Source: Octopus sinensis
Lineage: Eukaryota
Length of the DNA stretch: 64,000 bases
Assembly (NCBI RefSeq): GCF_006345805.1
Contig: NC_043000.1
Span: forward strand, 33,046,001-33,110,000
Direction: 5' to 3'
Shown here one piece after another: positions 39,823 through 54,971 of the stretch. Both the position numbers and the translations under genes were made by a program. Below the pieces are notes generated by a model. The model was given only the letters and a program-made list of their open reading frames with translations. It searched no databases and was not told the DNA's origin. The stretch's first letter is position 1. Each line of letters starts with the position of its first letter.

Positions 39823-39910
39823 CATGTATGTACGTATGTATGTATGTATGCATGTATACATGTATGTATGTATGTATGCATGTATGTATGTATGTATGTA
39901 TGTATGCGTG
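39415..39910. repeat. (TATG)n/(TACG)n array
   Basis: Direct reading. Similar arrays at 41780-42430, 43800-43980, 45670-46110 and 61430-61950. Confidence 0.95.
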
Positions 39911-41780
39911 TATACATGGATGACGTGACACTTCTAGCTACAGATAAACAAATCATGCAGAATGCCCTCTTGAGATTAGACGAACTTGTAAGGTGGTCAA
40001 GGATGCGATTTAGAGCAAAAAAGTCGCGTAGTCTGACATTTGTTAAGGGAGTGCAGAAAGAATTTAAGTTTCGAATATCTAAAGAAAGCATTCCAACAGT
40101 CAAGGAAGAGCCTGTCAAGAGCTTGGGTCGAATATACGCTGGAACATTGTCAGACAGAAGTCGTGGGATTGAAATTATGAAACAGGCCGAGACTGGGTTA
40201 TCAGCGATTGATAATTCGAAGTTACCAGGTAAATATAAAATTTGGTGCTTGCAGTTCGGCTTGTACCCGCGACTTGCGTGGTCACTTTTAATATACGAAA
40301 GCATTGTCACGAGTTGAAAGGATTGAACAAAAATGTAATGTGTTCATTAGAAGTGGCTAGGCCTACCTCGTATGTTGAACAGCTCAGCTCTTTATCGTAA
40401 AAGAGGTTCGTTGCAGCTACCAATAGCATCAATAGTCGAATATATAAGCTGGGGAAGATACGGACGGTCATGATGCTGAGAGAATCGAAGGATATGGAAA
40501 TCAGGCGTAACCCACCAGAGGTGAAAACAGCCAGGAAGTGAAAAGCAGAAGCAGAAACTGACGACATCTTCTCTTCTCTTATACACAGAGATATGGTGGG
40601 AGCAACGCAGAACCATCGGAAAGGACTTGGTTTTGGCGCAGATCAGTTCAGACCGTTTGCAAGCATGATGCCGAGTGAACGCAGATCTGTTGTTAGCAAC
40701 AGCGTCAAAACAAGAGAAGCAGAGAGAAGAGAGCTTCCTTTGATCCGATGTGTTCATCAAGGTCAGATGATGAGATGGGAAGAACATGTTGTTGAGAGGA
40801 AGATAAGTTGGGGTGAGATGTGGAAGTGGACGACATCTCGGCTGAGTTTCCTGATTCGTTCATCTTATGATGTTTAGCCATCACCTACGAATCTAATAAG
40901 ATGGAATGTCTTAGAGAATGACATCTGCAAATGTGGAAAGGTCGGTGCACTAAAACATATTCTTACCAACTGTTCATTAGCATTGAACAGGTACACATGG
41001 AAGCACAACTTGGTCCTTAAGGTTATCTTCAATGCTATAAAGAACCAAATTCATCTCAACAACACTGAAAAATCGTTGAAAGTACAATCAAGAGATTTCA
41101 TTACCTTCGTGCGACCAGGTCAGCGGATCCGTTTCAAGAAGAAGATCAAGAAACTTCCTGAGAAAAATGAAAAGTGGAACGGCTATTGGGAAGTAACTGC
41201 AGATTTACATGGGTGCCAGGTTTTCTTTCCCATCCCAGTTTCGAAAAAAACAGATATTTTGATGTGGTGTGAAAGTAACAAAGTTGTAAATATAGTCGAG
41301 CTAACGGTTCCTCACAAGATATGGACGCCACTCGGGCCCGAAAATTGAAATGAAAACCTCCTCGAGGAATGTGAAGACGCAGGCTGGAAAGCGGAACATA
41401 TTCCAATCGAAGTCGGATGTAGAGGGTTTGTTGGACACAGCGTGAGACGACTGTTGTTATCGCTAGGCCTAACTCATCGTAAAGTCAATATCACCATGAC
41501 TGATATCCAATCTACAGGGGAGAAGGCTAGCCACTGGATTTGGTTAAAAAGAGACGATGAGCGATGGCTAGAAGTATATTGAGTTCTTCATAACCAGCTG
41601 ATCTAGCAAGCGGGGCCTCATATCAGTGAGGGGGGCCGGTGCGCATTGATGCCGTCGAGAGGTAGGCCACGAAACAGCGCGCATTCTCTCCTGATGACCC
41701 CATACACTTGCTAGCTTCCGGTATACGGAGCTTTTAACTGGTAGCACTTGCATGTGCAAGTTGTTTGCAAGACATCTAAG
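39911..41780 (+). mobile_element. 5'-truncated HERO-like (RLE) non-LTR retrotransposon, decayed
   Basis: MDDVTLL...RWSRMRFRAKKSRSL...EEPVKSLGR...LPGKYKIWCLQFGLYPRLAW; YDV.PSPTNL.RW; CKCG..G.LKHILTNC...RYTWKHN; TDI...VELTVP; PIEVGCRGF. Confidence 0.85.
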
Positions 41781-42444
41781 TATGTATGTATGTATGTATG
41801 TATGTATGTATGAATGTATGTATGTATGTACGTATGTATGTATGAATGTATGTATGTATGTACGTATGTATGTATATATGCATGTATATAAGTATGTATG
41901 TATGTATATATGTATGTAAGTATGCATGTATGTATGTATGTATGTATGTTTGCATGCATGTATGTACGTATGTATGTATGTTTGCATGCATGTATGTACG
42001 TATGTATGTATGTTTGCATGTATATATGTATGTATTTATGTATGTATGCATGTATGTATGTACGTATGTATGTATGTATTTATGTATGTATGCATGTATG
42101 TATGTATGTATGTATGTATGTATGCATGCATGCATGCATGTATGTATGTATTTATGTATTTACGTATGTATGCATGCATGTATGTAAGTATGTATGTATG
42201 TATGTATGTATGTATGCATGCATGCATGTATGTATGTATGTATGTATTTATGTATGTATGCATGTATGTATGTATGTATGTATGTATGTATGCATGCTTG
42301 TATGTATGTATGTATGTATGTATGTATGTATTTATGTATGTATGCGTGTATGTATGTACGTATGTATGTATGTATGTATGTATGTATGAATGCATGTATG
42401 TTTGCATGTTTGTACGTATGTATGCATGTATGCGTTATATATGT

Positions 42445-42560
42445 CATTATTCAGTTTTATTTCAAGAGTTCTTGCCAATAGAGAAAGAACCGGTTTCTAA
42501 CCTAGATCCAATGCTCCTTCATTGGAATTTCAACATGAACAGCAGATTATTTTTGCTTCT
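42445..42560 (-). mobile_element. Short 3'-end module, repeated at 62085-62190
   Basis: ttatttcaaga.ttcttgccaatagagaaagaaccggtttctaacctagatccaa...ggaatttcaacat.aaca. Confidence 0.7.
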
Positions 42561-42563
42561 TTA

Positions 42564-42596
<33 letters not shown>

Positions 42597-42614
42597 ATAT
42601 ATGTATGTATGTGT

Positions 42615-43790
42615 GTGCAGATTTATATGCTTCATTTTATGTATGTATTCTCATGCATATAGATCCATATCCAGATATGCTCTTATATACTTAAATGATA
42701 AACTTCTGGAAAGTTTTACAGATTTTTACTGTTCCAGTGATGGATTGGATCTGTAGTCTTCGAAGTAGCTGTCTCCTTTCTGATTTTGAGAAGCCTAGTT
42801 TATCAAGAGTGGCATTTAGGCAGTGTGTTACATATCCCAGTACCTCAATAATTACAGGTATAAACCTGAACTTGTAATCGGAATAGAGTAACTGCAGATT
42901 TCTCCATAGTTCAGCATAGGTGTTCTCTTTTTCAGTGATTTTCAGCTTTATGTTAACATCCGCTGGGCAGCTAATTTCAACAACTGTACACAGTTTCTCT
43001 TCTCTATCCCAAATCCTTATATCAGATCTGTTGTGCTTATATTTTATTGAGGTCATCACTGGGATATTCCAACCGTATTCCTTTTCATTATGAGTGGCTA
43101 TGGCTTCTACCATACTGTAGGTTCTTATTTCTTTGTCCTGGGTATTATCCTTCCAACGGATTTCATTATAGAGTGTCCTAGCTACATCATAACTCATCGG
43201 CAGATAATACCGTGATGACATTTTCGGACAACTGCTTATGATGTGGGTGATATCTACGAGGTTAAACTCCACGAAGTTTGCATCAGTTTTCACGTTTTAC
43301 AGCTTTTTTCGCATCTCTGTCCCTTTTGTGCATCAGGTACTTGGTTGATATTTCCTGTTCCTGGATTGCAAACGCATACTCTTTGAAGTGGGAGGTAGCA
43401 ACCCGGCTATTGATCCATGATAGACTGCTTTGATGATCAATGTTACTCTCATCTCGGAGCTTTCTTCTAACATATCCAAGAATAGTCTTCTCATATAGGT
43501 TCATCGTTTCATCTGATGATACGTTGCGGTAGATTCGTGCTAATTCTAGGTTATCAGACAAAGGGTGTTGCTCAAGAAGCTGCCTTCCAAGTCCGTAAGT
43601 TGTTATGAGCCTTATGTATGCAAACTTGATCAAGGGATGCACTTGGTGGTTAAAAAGATGTTGCCGAAGGGATATGATACGACATTCAAAATAATTTTGG
43701 ATCAATGTTAAGCTTCTGTCGTCATGTTTTCGTTTAAGGTAAGGGCGGTCTATGTCACTGTTTATGTGGAAATTATTTGTGATGGATAGT
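42615..43790 (-). mobile_element. 5'-truncated R4/Dong-like (RLE) non-LTR retrotransposon, decayed
   Basis: FAIQEQEISTKY; decayed CCHC ...ITHIISSCP...YD.VA; HNRSDI..W; EISCPADVN..K..EKENTY; IPVII..LG. Confidence 0.85.
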
Positions 43791-44645
43791 ATATACGTGT
43801 GTATGTATATACGTATGTATGTATGTATGTATGTATGTATGTATGTATGTATGTATGTATGTATGTATGTATGTATGTATGTATGGATGGATGTATGTAT
43901 GTATGTACGTACGTATGTATGTATGTGTGTATGTATACATGTATGTATGTATGTATGTATGTATGTATGTATGTATGCATGTATATTTATATGCATGTTT
44001 GTATGTCTGTAAATATGCATGTATGTATGCGTATGACAGATACATATATGCATGTATACATATGTTTGTGTATATATATATATATATAATGATAGATGCG
44101 TGAAAGTGTATGAGTCCATGTGAATGCGTGTGTGCGTGTGTCTACATATATGTGTGTGTGTATGTACGCATATGTTTTTATTTATATATATTCATATATA
44201 TTCAGGCTATGAAAAAATGTATGTATGTGTGCATATATGTGCGTATATTCGTGTACGTACATATATGTGTGCGTATGTGCGTGTATATTCATATATGAAG
44301 CTATGTATGTATATATATATGTGTGTGTGTGGTGTGTGTGTGTGTAAGTGTGAGTGTACTGTGACGCCATACACGCTGCCTTCTTCAAAAGGCCATTATT
44401 TGTCCAGATTCTGTCAGAGCAACAAGTGATATCCTTTTCTTAAAACCGGTTAAGCAGGTTTCATTCTGTCTCTGAGAATAGAATAAGGTCTGCTAATTAC
44501 TGTGTTTACTATGAAGACATCACACACACACACACACACACATACACACACACACACTCAGACACACACTTATTCCCCTACACATACACCCACAAACATA
44601 TATAACTTCTATGACTTCAGGAACTATGTGCATATGTAGGTATTG

Positions 44646-44712
<67 letters not shown>

Positions 44713-44920
44713 TATATATGTGTGTGTATCTGTGTATGTGTGTGCACGAGTGTGTATGGAATGTAGGTACACACATTAATAAGTACACGCCCATACACAT
44801 ACTTGCACAGCGAATAGAACAAACAATCTCTGTAGATATTCTTTCTTGCACATCGACATACATACACACCCACGCGAGCGCACACACACACAAATACGCA
44901 GTTGTGTTTGAGCCCTTATA

Positions 44921-45044
<124 letters not shown>

Positions 45045-45255
45045 TATATATATGCATATATACATATATATACATATATACATATATACGTATATATATA
45101 TATATACATACGTATATATGTATATATACGTATATATATTATATATATATACATGAATGTATATTATATATATATATATACACACATGTATATGTATGTA
45201 TATTCGTATATATATATATATATATATATATACGTATATGCACATATATATACAT

Positions 45256-45334
<79 letters not shown>

Positions 45335-45671
45335 CGTAAATGCGTGAGTGTATATGAGTAGTTGTGAATGCGTGTGCGCATGTATCTACATATATATGTG
45401 TGTGTGTGTGTTTGTGTGAAACTAATATATGTTTGTTGTTTACACACCATTCTTTGTTCGTTTTTTAAAAAAAATTCCAACTATATATATACATATACGT
45501 ATATATGTATATATATATGTACATATTTATATATATGTATATATGTATGTGTGTGTGTATACACACACACACACATATATAAAACGAATGGTTTACACCT
45601 GGTAGCTTACTGGCAAAGCACAGTCATTTCTCGTATATTCCATCTTTCGTCTTTATTTGCCCCATACATAC

Positions 45672-45702
<31 letters not shown>

Positions 45703-46489
45703 TGTATGTATGTATGTATGTATGTATGTATGTATGTATGTGTGTATAGTTGCGTGTATGTATGTATGTATGTATGTATGTATGTATGTATTATGTATGT
45801 ATGCATAGTTGCGTGTATGTATGTATGTATGTATGTATGCATGTATGTATGTATGTATGTATGTATGTATGTATGTATGTATGTATAGTCGTGTGTATGT
45901 ATGTATGTATGTATGTATGCATAGTTGCGTGTATGTATGTATGTATGTATGTATGTATGCATGTATGTATGTATGTATGTATGTATGCATGTATGTATGT
46001 ATGTATGCATGTATGTATGTATGTATGTATGTATGTATGTATGTATGTATGTATGTATGTATGTACGCATGTATGTATGTATGTATGTATGCATGTATGT
46101 ATGTATAGTTGTGTGTATGTGTGTGTGTGTACGTACATGCATGAGCATGCTTAAAATGTGTGTATACAAATCCATATATGTGTCAGTACAAATGTAGTGA
46201 AGTAATTTTGTGGGATTTCAGATGATTTTTTTTTTTTCGTTTTGTGTTTTTCGTTTTGTTTTGTTTTTTTTTTCTCGTTTTATTTCTGTGAAATTTTGGA
46301 ATATTTCTGCGTGTGTAAAAAGGCAATGAACAGCGAGAGGGAAGCCAGCGGTTTGCTTAAGATGTGAGCGGAGGCGGGTTAGACGGTTTATAACGTCTTC
46401 TGGAGTATAATCAGGCCGAAGGTAACAACAGTAAAGTGCCGGACGAGGAGATCATGCGGGACATAGTTGCGTCCCTTTATCTTCTAAAT

Positions 46490-46780
46490 TCGTATACTCT
46501 TTTACTCTCTTTTACTTGTTTCAGTCATTTGACTGCGGCCATGCTGGAGCACCGCCTTTTAGTCGAGCAAATCTTTGTAAGCCCAGTACTTATTCTATCG
46601 GTCTCTTTTGCCGAACCGCTAAGCGACGGGGACGTAAACACACCAGCATCGGTTGTCAAGCAATGCTAGGGGGACAAACACACACACACACACACATATA
46701 TATATACATATATACGACAGGCTTCTTTCAGTTTCTGTCTACCAAATCCACTCACAGGGCTTTGGTCGGCCCGAGGCTAT
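46490..46780 (-). mobile_element. SINE family A, truncated
   Basis: Tail plus partial head, cut at cccgaggctata. Confidence 0.9.
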
Positions 46781-47428
<648 letters not shown>

Positions 47429-47735
47429 GGTAGCCATGATAAAACGCCGAGTTTCGGATATCGGGGCGGAAATCCACGCCGCCATCTCTTCAGTTATCCG
47501 GCCATCGGAAAAATGCTATGAAAATGACCGTTAAACAAAGGGAAATTACTGTGTGAATGGCCGTCATTAAGATAAAAGAGCTATTAGAATGACCGCTAAG
47601 TGAGGGGAGGGAGTAAAATTAAGGAGTAAAAACGTTCATAGTATTCGCGTGAGCGCACATGTCCATACCTACACATGCGCGCTCGCACACCCACGTACAT
47701 TTGCCTATAAGTATATATTCATCCACCCTCACTTG

Positions 47736-47779
<44 letters not shown>

Positions 47780-47781
<2 letters not shown>

Positions 47782-47945
47782 TGAGAATTTACAAAGAAAC
47801 AAAAGACGAAGACGGGTGTGTAAACAAGAAACAGATGCATTAGATTAACGCTCGGGAAGTGAGAAAGTCTTTTACGTTTCGAGCCTACGCTCTTCAGCAG
47901 AAAGGAACACAGAAATAAACAGGGAGAATCATTGGTCAGTCTATT
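47780..47945 (-). mobile_element. Family G copy
   Basis: gtcttttacgtttcgagcctacgctcttcagcagaaagg. Confidence 0.8.
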
Positions 47946-48099
47946 GTCGGACAAGTGAGACCTTTGTAATTCTTCAGTTACGTTTATTGAATCTTTTGAG
48001 TTTCACTGATGAAAAGTTTCACTTTTATACATCCGAGGCGTTAAGTACTGAGATGTCTGTCACCAGTGTAACTGTATGCCCGCCACCCATTGATGAAGG

Positions 48100-48560
48100 A
48101 TCTGAGTCTATGACCAGAGACTCCGAGACCCGTGACGTTAATGTGGAGGGTATTTAATTTTGCCCGAACATCTGAAAACTGACGATTACGATGGTAGTGA
48201 GGGAGATCCGAAAGACTGAAGTTCTGGGGAGAAAAACCTGAATGTTAGTGCTAGTTGGTGGGGGAGGGGATGGAGGAAGAGGGCATACAACCATGGCCAT
48301 GTGTTGAAGAGCGATGAGTGAAGTGTTGAGGCCGAATGGTTGTGCAACGAGTCCAGCTAGGTCTGAAGAGCAGCAGCACCTGTAGTAACGGTAAAAGAAT
48401 GAGAGAGAAGGGAGACAATAGGCCTATTGATTTGAGGTCGGAGTGTGTTGGTGAGCGACATCAAGGCACGGCGGCCAGCCTTTAGCTGCGTTCTCCAATA
48501 CCTGTAGCGGCAGTAGCAGCACAGTTCCAGATGTGTGAGAACTTCTCCATTGTCTCTTTC
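48100..48560 (-). mobile_element. Old LINE RT C-terminal remnant
   Basis: Across frames SHIWNCAA...LSFFYRYY...CSSDLAGLV...PRTS; related to 60040-60530. Confidence 0.55.
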
Positions 48561-49498
48561 AGATGGACTTTGACCGAAGAATCATTGCCAATATAATATA
48601 CCGTTATTTGTCATTAAGCTGTTTCTGTTAGCAGTAAAAATGCTTCTTGATTCGTGAAGGAACTGGAGTGAAGATTAATAGAGGCGTGAATTTATGTCTT
48701 TTGGCTGCCTTTGAACAAGAAAGACAATCTCTTATACCGGAAATAGATATGTAGCGGGATTTTGAACCATCTCGTTCACATTTCCGGTTTATAACCAGTA
48801 ACTATTATGCCACAAAAAGTAAAGATCATCTACAAGAAATTAATGCACCAAAAGGTATTAACACCTGCGTGAATGTGGTCCAACCAATCAAACTTGGCTG
48901 GATGTAACCAGTGGTAGACTTGAACGTAAGTTTTGTGAATATCCCCGTCAAATACTTCTGACGAAGGTTCTCGAAGTTTTGACTGAAGTAATAAAAGCTG
49001 AGATATTGAATTCCCAAATAGAACAATTTCAGGTGCTGCATAGAACTCTGTCGGTCAGTTTTTGTGATAAGGTGTGTTCTCACTCTTTCTATTTATTCTT
49101 TCTTTAATAACCATAAACGGTTTTCGTATAAATAGCTAAAACTGTTATGCAATGAAGATTTTTGACTATCGCATTCACTCTCCCATTCTCTCATGAATGA
49201 TCTTTTATTCAAATAATTGTTGAACATATGTAACTGCGAACGTTCCAGGTAATAAAAAGGAATGGTAGCTTATACAAATAGTAGTGCATTCATTTTCACC
49301 TGTACACTCAACCTATCAAATATTGCACACAACTAACGACTAATTACTGACCAACATACTCTACTCCACCTCCTCTCTCTCTCTCGCGCGCGCGAGAGAG
49401 ACAGAAAGAGTAAGAAGAGGGATAGAGGCTGAAAATAGACCAGTGAGGTTGTGGGGCATTACTAAATATCAAGTTAGATGTTGTTGTTGTTAGTATTT

Positions 49499-49544
<46 letters not shown>

Positions 49545-49567
49545 TAGTAAGGGAAGTAGTAGTAGTT

Positions 49568-49604
<37 letters not shown>

Positions 49605-50414
49605 ACGTAGAAGTAGTAGAAGTTGCGGCTGTTGTTGTTGGTGGTGGTGATGTTAAATGTGCTGGGGGTGGTGGTGATAGCAATAGTGTTGGCAATGTGG
49701 TATGTCGTGGTGTCGCTGTTGGCGACGGTGTCGGTAGCATTGGTAGAGGCGTTGGTATGGTGATGGTGCAAGCCTGAGTGTGTTAGTAGTGGATGTTTGG
49801 AGTGGTGTAGGTGGTGCAGGAAATAGTGGTAGTGGTGGTGGTGGTGGTGGTGGTGGTGTTATTACCCCTCCGTTATTTCTTTAAGACGATGGTGTTTGTG
49901 ATGGTGGAGAGAGAGAGAACCACAGTCACTAACACCTGCCGTTTCTTCTCTCTCTCTCTCCATCATTTACTTTCTCATTCTTTCTACCTCTCCCCCTTTC
50001 TCTCCCTAGTTCCTCGCTCTTTTTCCCCCTCTCCCTTTCATTCTACCTTCTCGCCCCTTACTATTTCCCAATCTCTCCCTCATTTTTCAGTCTACTTCCT
50101 TCTTTTCGTTCTTTTCTTCCACCGCTCTCTCTCCCCTTCTCTTACTCCCTCTCTTCCCTTCTCTTACTCCCTCTCTCCCCCTTCTCTTACTCCCTCTCTC
50201 CCCCTTCTCTTACTCTCTCACTCCCTTTCTCTTACTCGCTCTCTCCCCTTCTCTTACTCTCTCTCCCCTTATCTTTCTCTCCCCTTCTCTTTTTCTCCCC
50301 TTCTCTTACTTTCTCTTACTCTCTCTTTCTGCCACATGCACACACACATACTCGTAAACACATACACATCATCATCTCTCTCTCTCTCTCTTTCACTCTT
50401 TCGCTCTCTTTCTC

Positions 50415-50585
50415 TCTGTTTACAGCTAAAAATCTCCCTAGAGTCTCATCCAACTTTCCCTAGAATCGCATCTTACCGTCTTTAAAAGGAAACAAAACAT
50501 TGGATTATATGGACCTGACTCACTATATCTGAACAAAAGACGAGATGGTCATGTCCGGTATGGTTTTGATCATAGGTGTATATAA
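50415..50585 (+). mobile_element. Degenerate family E copy
   Basis: caactttccctagaatcgcatcttaccgtctttaaaagg...gagatggtcatg...ttttgatcataggt. Confidence 0.5.
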
Positions 50586-50658
50586 TCATAGATGCATTTA
50601 ATCAGAAAAATCTAATTTTCTCATTACCACCGCATGTCCCCCTCTCTTTACTTCTGTT

Positions 50659-50737
<79 letters not shown>

Positions 50738-50760
50738 ACTATCTATCTATCTATCTATCC

Positions 50761-50856
<96 letters not shown>

Positions 50857-51148
50857 CTATCTACCTACCTGCCTACTTACCTATACACAATCTATAGATA
50901 GATATATAGCTATACACATACGTACATATACATCCTAACATATATACATATATATACATATATACATACATACACACCCATATATATATATATATATACA
51001 TATCTCTCTATCGATTCTCACTTTCTACGCCCTCCCCCCTCGCACTTACGACCGTATCAATACCTATAACATATTATCTGGCGTTTTTCTATCTCCGCAT
51101 CGGCAAGCAAATCGTCTGCTTGCACACTCAAAGGCACACACACACACG

Positions 51149-51218
<70 letters not shown>

Positions 51219-51608
51219 CACACACATACACTATCAGTCACCAATTTCATCTCAATTCATTGCCGACATTGTAGCGTATTTCGAGCCGATTTTCTCTCAG
51301 TTCATATTTTCTATTTCCGGTTTTAATCCGGTTCAATATGGCGGTGTTTCAGAGTAGTTTTGCCTTCTTTCAGCTTCTCTATCGCCATCAAACTAAGAAA
51401 CTAACCAAGGCAAGTCCACAAATACACTCATAGACACACACACTCACACATTCATGTGTATATATTGTGTGCATGTATACATAGATATATGCATGTGGTT
51501 TTATATAATATACATACATACATATATATATGTATATATATATCTTGTTATTGATAATTGTATATATGTATATGCGTATATAAAAATATATACATATGTG
51601 TAATATAG

Positions 51609-51639
<31 letters not shown>

Positions 51640-51889
51640 ATCTGTATATACATGCACTCATATTCATGTATGCATGTATAAACATACACCCATTTGTATT
51701 TATATGTATATATATGTAAATGTATGTATTCAATATGTATGTGCTTGCGTACGCGTGTAAGTATGTAATATGTATATATATATGTATATCTGTGTATATT
51801 ATATGTATGTATGTATGTATGTATGTATTATGTATGTATGTATGTATGTGTGTATGTGTGAGTATGTGTGTGTGTGTGTGTATGTGTGT

Positions 51890-51920
<31 letters not shown>

Positions 51921-53214
51921 GCTGTGTAAGCGTAGTATGTACCTCGTCAGAACAATATTGCGGATTCGTTCTTCTTTTTCTGCTTTCGCTTTAAATTAAT
52001 TCTTATCCGCCATCTTAGCCATTGTTTTCGTTGTTGTTGTTGTTGTTTTTGCTGCGGTTGTTGTCCTTTCTTGCTAGTCTCATTGTCAAATCTATTTCCC
52101 TGCAATATTTCTAAAACATCCAACTTCATTCTCTCTCTCTCTCTCTCTCTCCGCTTTCTCCTTCTCCACCACTGTTCCACACTCGACCATTCTGACCATT
52201 TTTCAATTTCCACACTCTTCCGGCCTTTTTTCGAAAGAGCACAAGCACACACACATACACAGATAAACACACACACACACACTCACACACATACACACAC
52301 ATTCACACACATGTACAACACATATACACACACACTTACTGTTAAAGGCAGACACGTGTATATATATATATGTGTGTGTGTGTGTATGTGTGTGTGTGCG
52401 TGCACAAAGTATACAGAACTACAAAATATGTATGTATATATATGTGCATACACACACATATATATATATTTGTATGTGTACGCACACACACACATATACG
52501 AATGTATAGTATACATGTATACATGAATGTATATATATTTGCACACACGCACACGTGTATGTATGCACACACTAGATACTCACATACCTGTCTATCTTTT
52601 TCAGCGATTCCTGCTAAGCACCCCGGGTGTGACTCGGGAACGTTTGAAATGTTTTCACAATTGTTATTACTAGTATTCCCAGACAGAATGTTGCCAGAAT
52701 TCCGTTTCGATTCCGTTGTATTTATATGGCCAATATTCTTGAGGAAGTCCTGAATATCGCACAGCCTCCTCCTCTCCCTCCTTCTCCTCTTCCTCCTACC
52801 ATCACAGCAACGGACCATTGTATAGTCAGTAGATCTTCTAAAAATAGCAGCCCCATCTTCCTCAAATCATAGTCTACTGCTTTGTATTTAAAAGAAACAG
52901 GTTATTGTTTTCATAGATATACAAAATACAAGGAACGGTTGTGGCTTGAGTGCCCTTCACCGACGCTCTGCTAGATCTTTGGCCCTTTACTATGTGGCGG
53001 GTCATATTTTGTATGTAAGTCGTCTTAATACTTTCATTCTAACTCCTGCAACGGCCGAAAGCCTTTGTCTTTGTCTTTACAAAGACGGATGTCAATCATC
53101 TCAGCAACTAAAACACTTGTTATTTACCAGGCGATACGATATGATGATGCTATGAGGCAGCGAGCTGTGGATTCGTTAGTGTGTCGAACAAAATGCTTAT
53201 CTTTTATCTCTTAA

Positions 53215-53570
53215 TTGTTTCATTTATTAGACCTCGGCCATGCTGTGGCACTGCCTTGAAGAACTTTCAGTCAAACGAATCGACAGAAGTGTTTATTTTG
53301 TTTAAAGTACTTACTCTATCGGTCCCTTTGGCTGAACTGCTAGTTACTGAGGACGCAAACCCACCAACACCGATTCTCAAGCGGTGGTGGGGGTTAAAGA
53401 GACACACACATACATATGCATAATGGGCCTCTTTCAGTTTTCATCAACCAGATCCACTCACAGGGTTTTGGTCAGCCTGAGGTTATAGTAGAAGACACTT
53501 GCCCAAGGTACCACGCAGTGGGACTGAACCCGGCACAATGTGATTGGTAAACAAACGTCTTACTTCATAA
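53215..53570 (-). mobile_element. SINE family A, near full-length and diverged
   Basis: agaagacacttgcccaaggtaccacgcagtgggactgaacccgg head and tail motifs. Confidence 0.85.
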
Positions 53571-54107
53571 CCACTTATCAGCATTTCTTCCGGCTTTTAT
53601 GTTCTTAGTTCAAATCACGCCGTGACCAACTTATTTTTTTTTATCCCTTGAGGGTCGACAGCAGGCAATCAAGTACTAAATTCGATAAAATCGATTTGCA
53701 TCTCCTCCACCCCAAAATTACTCGCAAAATTCCTGCAACGGACTCATTGTATGGGAATGCTATGCTCTCGGTTATTTATATGCTATGGAAAATGAGTCTC
53801 AGGGTTTGAGAAAAAAATGCATAACTTCAACTTACACTATCCATGGTGCTTATTTTCTGCTGAGTGGAGTGAGCTATCGAGCTGTAACTACATTTTTCTC
53901 TTTCAGTGTAGGGAACTGGTATTAGATTAACTCCTTCTTTCTTTACTGTGCTTGTCCAACATTGTATTGCAACAGCAATCTTCAAATCACATAATGGAAT
54001 AAGGGAAGCGGCGGCGGTGATGTGATAAATTGATAAATAAATTGTAAACGTAACGACCCAGAAACATTGGCTTAGGTTGGTTCTTGACTCTAATTTCAAA
54101 ATATGAT

Positions 54108-54624
54108 GCTGTGCATGGCTGTGAGGTAGGAAGCTTACTTCCCAATCACAAGGTTTTGGTTTCAGTCCCACTGTGTGACACCTTGGATGATCGTAATCTA
54201 CTATAGCCTCGAGCCGACTAAAGCCTTGTGAGTGGATTTGGTAGACAGAAACTAAAGGAAGCCCTTCGCATACATACATACATACATACATACATACATA
54301 CATACATACATACATACATACATACATACATACATGCATACATATATATATATATATAGGTGATAAATAAAAATATATGCATACATACAAACATATATGT
54401 ACGTACCTAGATCTACATGTATATATACATGCATATATAAATAATTATACGTGAGTACAGGACATCACAATAAGACGTAGAAACGAAAAAACCAAAAAAC
54501 AAAAAACAAGAAAACGAAAAACGAAAAACAAGAAAACGAAAAACAATTACAGGACGAGCTACACAAGGACAAAACCTCCGTCATCAGCTGTCGCTAGTGC
54601 AGTCAGGCATGTTTCGAAGGCATA

Positions 54625-54685
<61 letters not shown>

Positions 54686-54935
54686 GTTTGTGTGAGTGTG
54701 TGTATGTGTGTGTGCGTGCGTGTGTGTATTTATGTGTCTTTGAGTCTGTGTTTGTCCCTCCATCGCCGCTTGAAAACTGGTGTTGGTGTGTTTACGTCCC
54801 CGTAACTTAGTCGTTCAGAAAAGACCAATAGAATAAGTACTAAAAATGAGTCTTGGGGTCGATTTGCTTGACTAAAACATTTCAGGGGCAGTGCTCCAGC
54901 ATGGCCGCAGCCAAATGACTGAACTAGTTAAAAGA
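54108..54935 (+). mobile_element. SINE family A with a family F element nested in its central microsatellite
   Basis: Head 54108-54268, (CATA)n, insert 54362-54628, (TA)n(TG)n, tail 54735-54935. Confidence 0.85.
54362..54628 (-). mobile_element. Family F copy with permuted hammerhead-like motif
   Basis: aaacatatatgtacgtaccta..tctacatgta...gtacaggaca matches 883-1099. CTGATGA at 54587-54581. Confidence 0.6.
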
Positions 54936-54971
54936 ACAAGAGAATTCACTTTACTGCAGCCACTCGTACGT

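Noticed and set aside
39093-40310. 405-aa minus-strand ORF
   Set aside because: It is the antisense of the HERO-like RT plus (CATA)n read-through.
48750-49100. Penelope RT remnant (VVDLNVSFVNIPV)
   Set aside because: The resemblance to the SFDVxSLFTNIP motif is too short and degenerate to support.
49800-50485. 224-aa Leu/Ser/Pro-rich membrane-like ORF
   Set aside because: It derives from a low-complexity CT-rich degenerate repeat.
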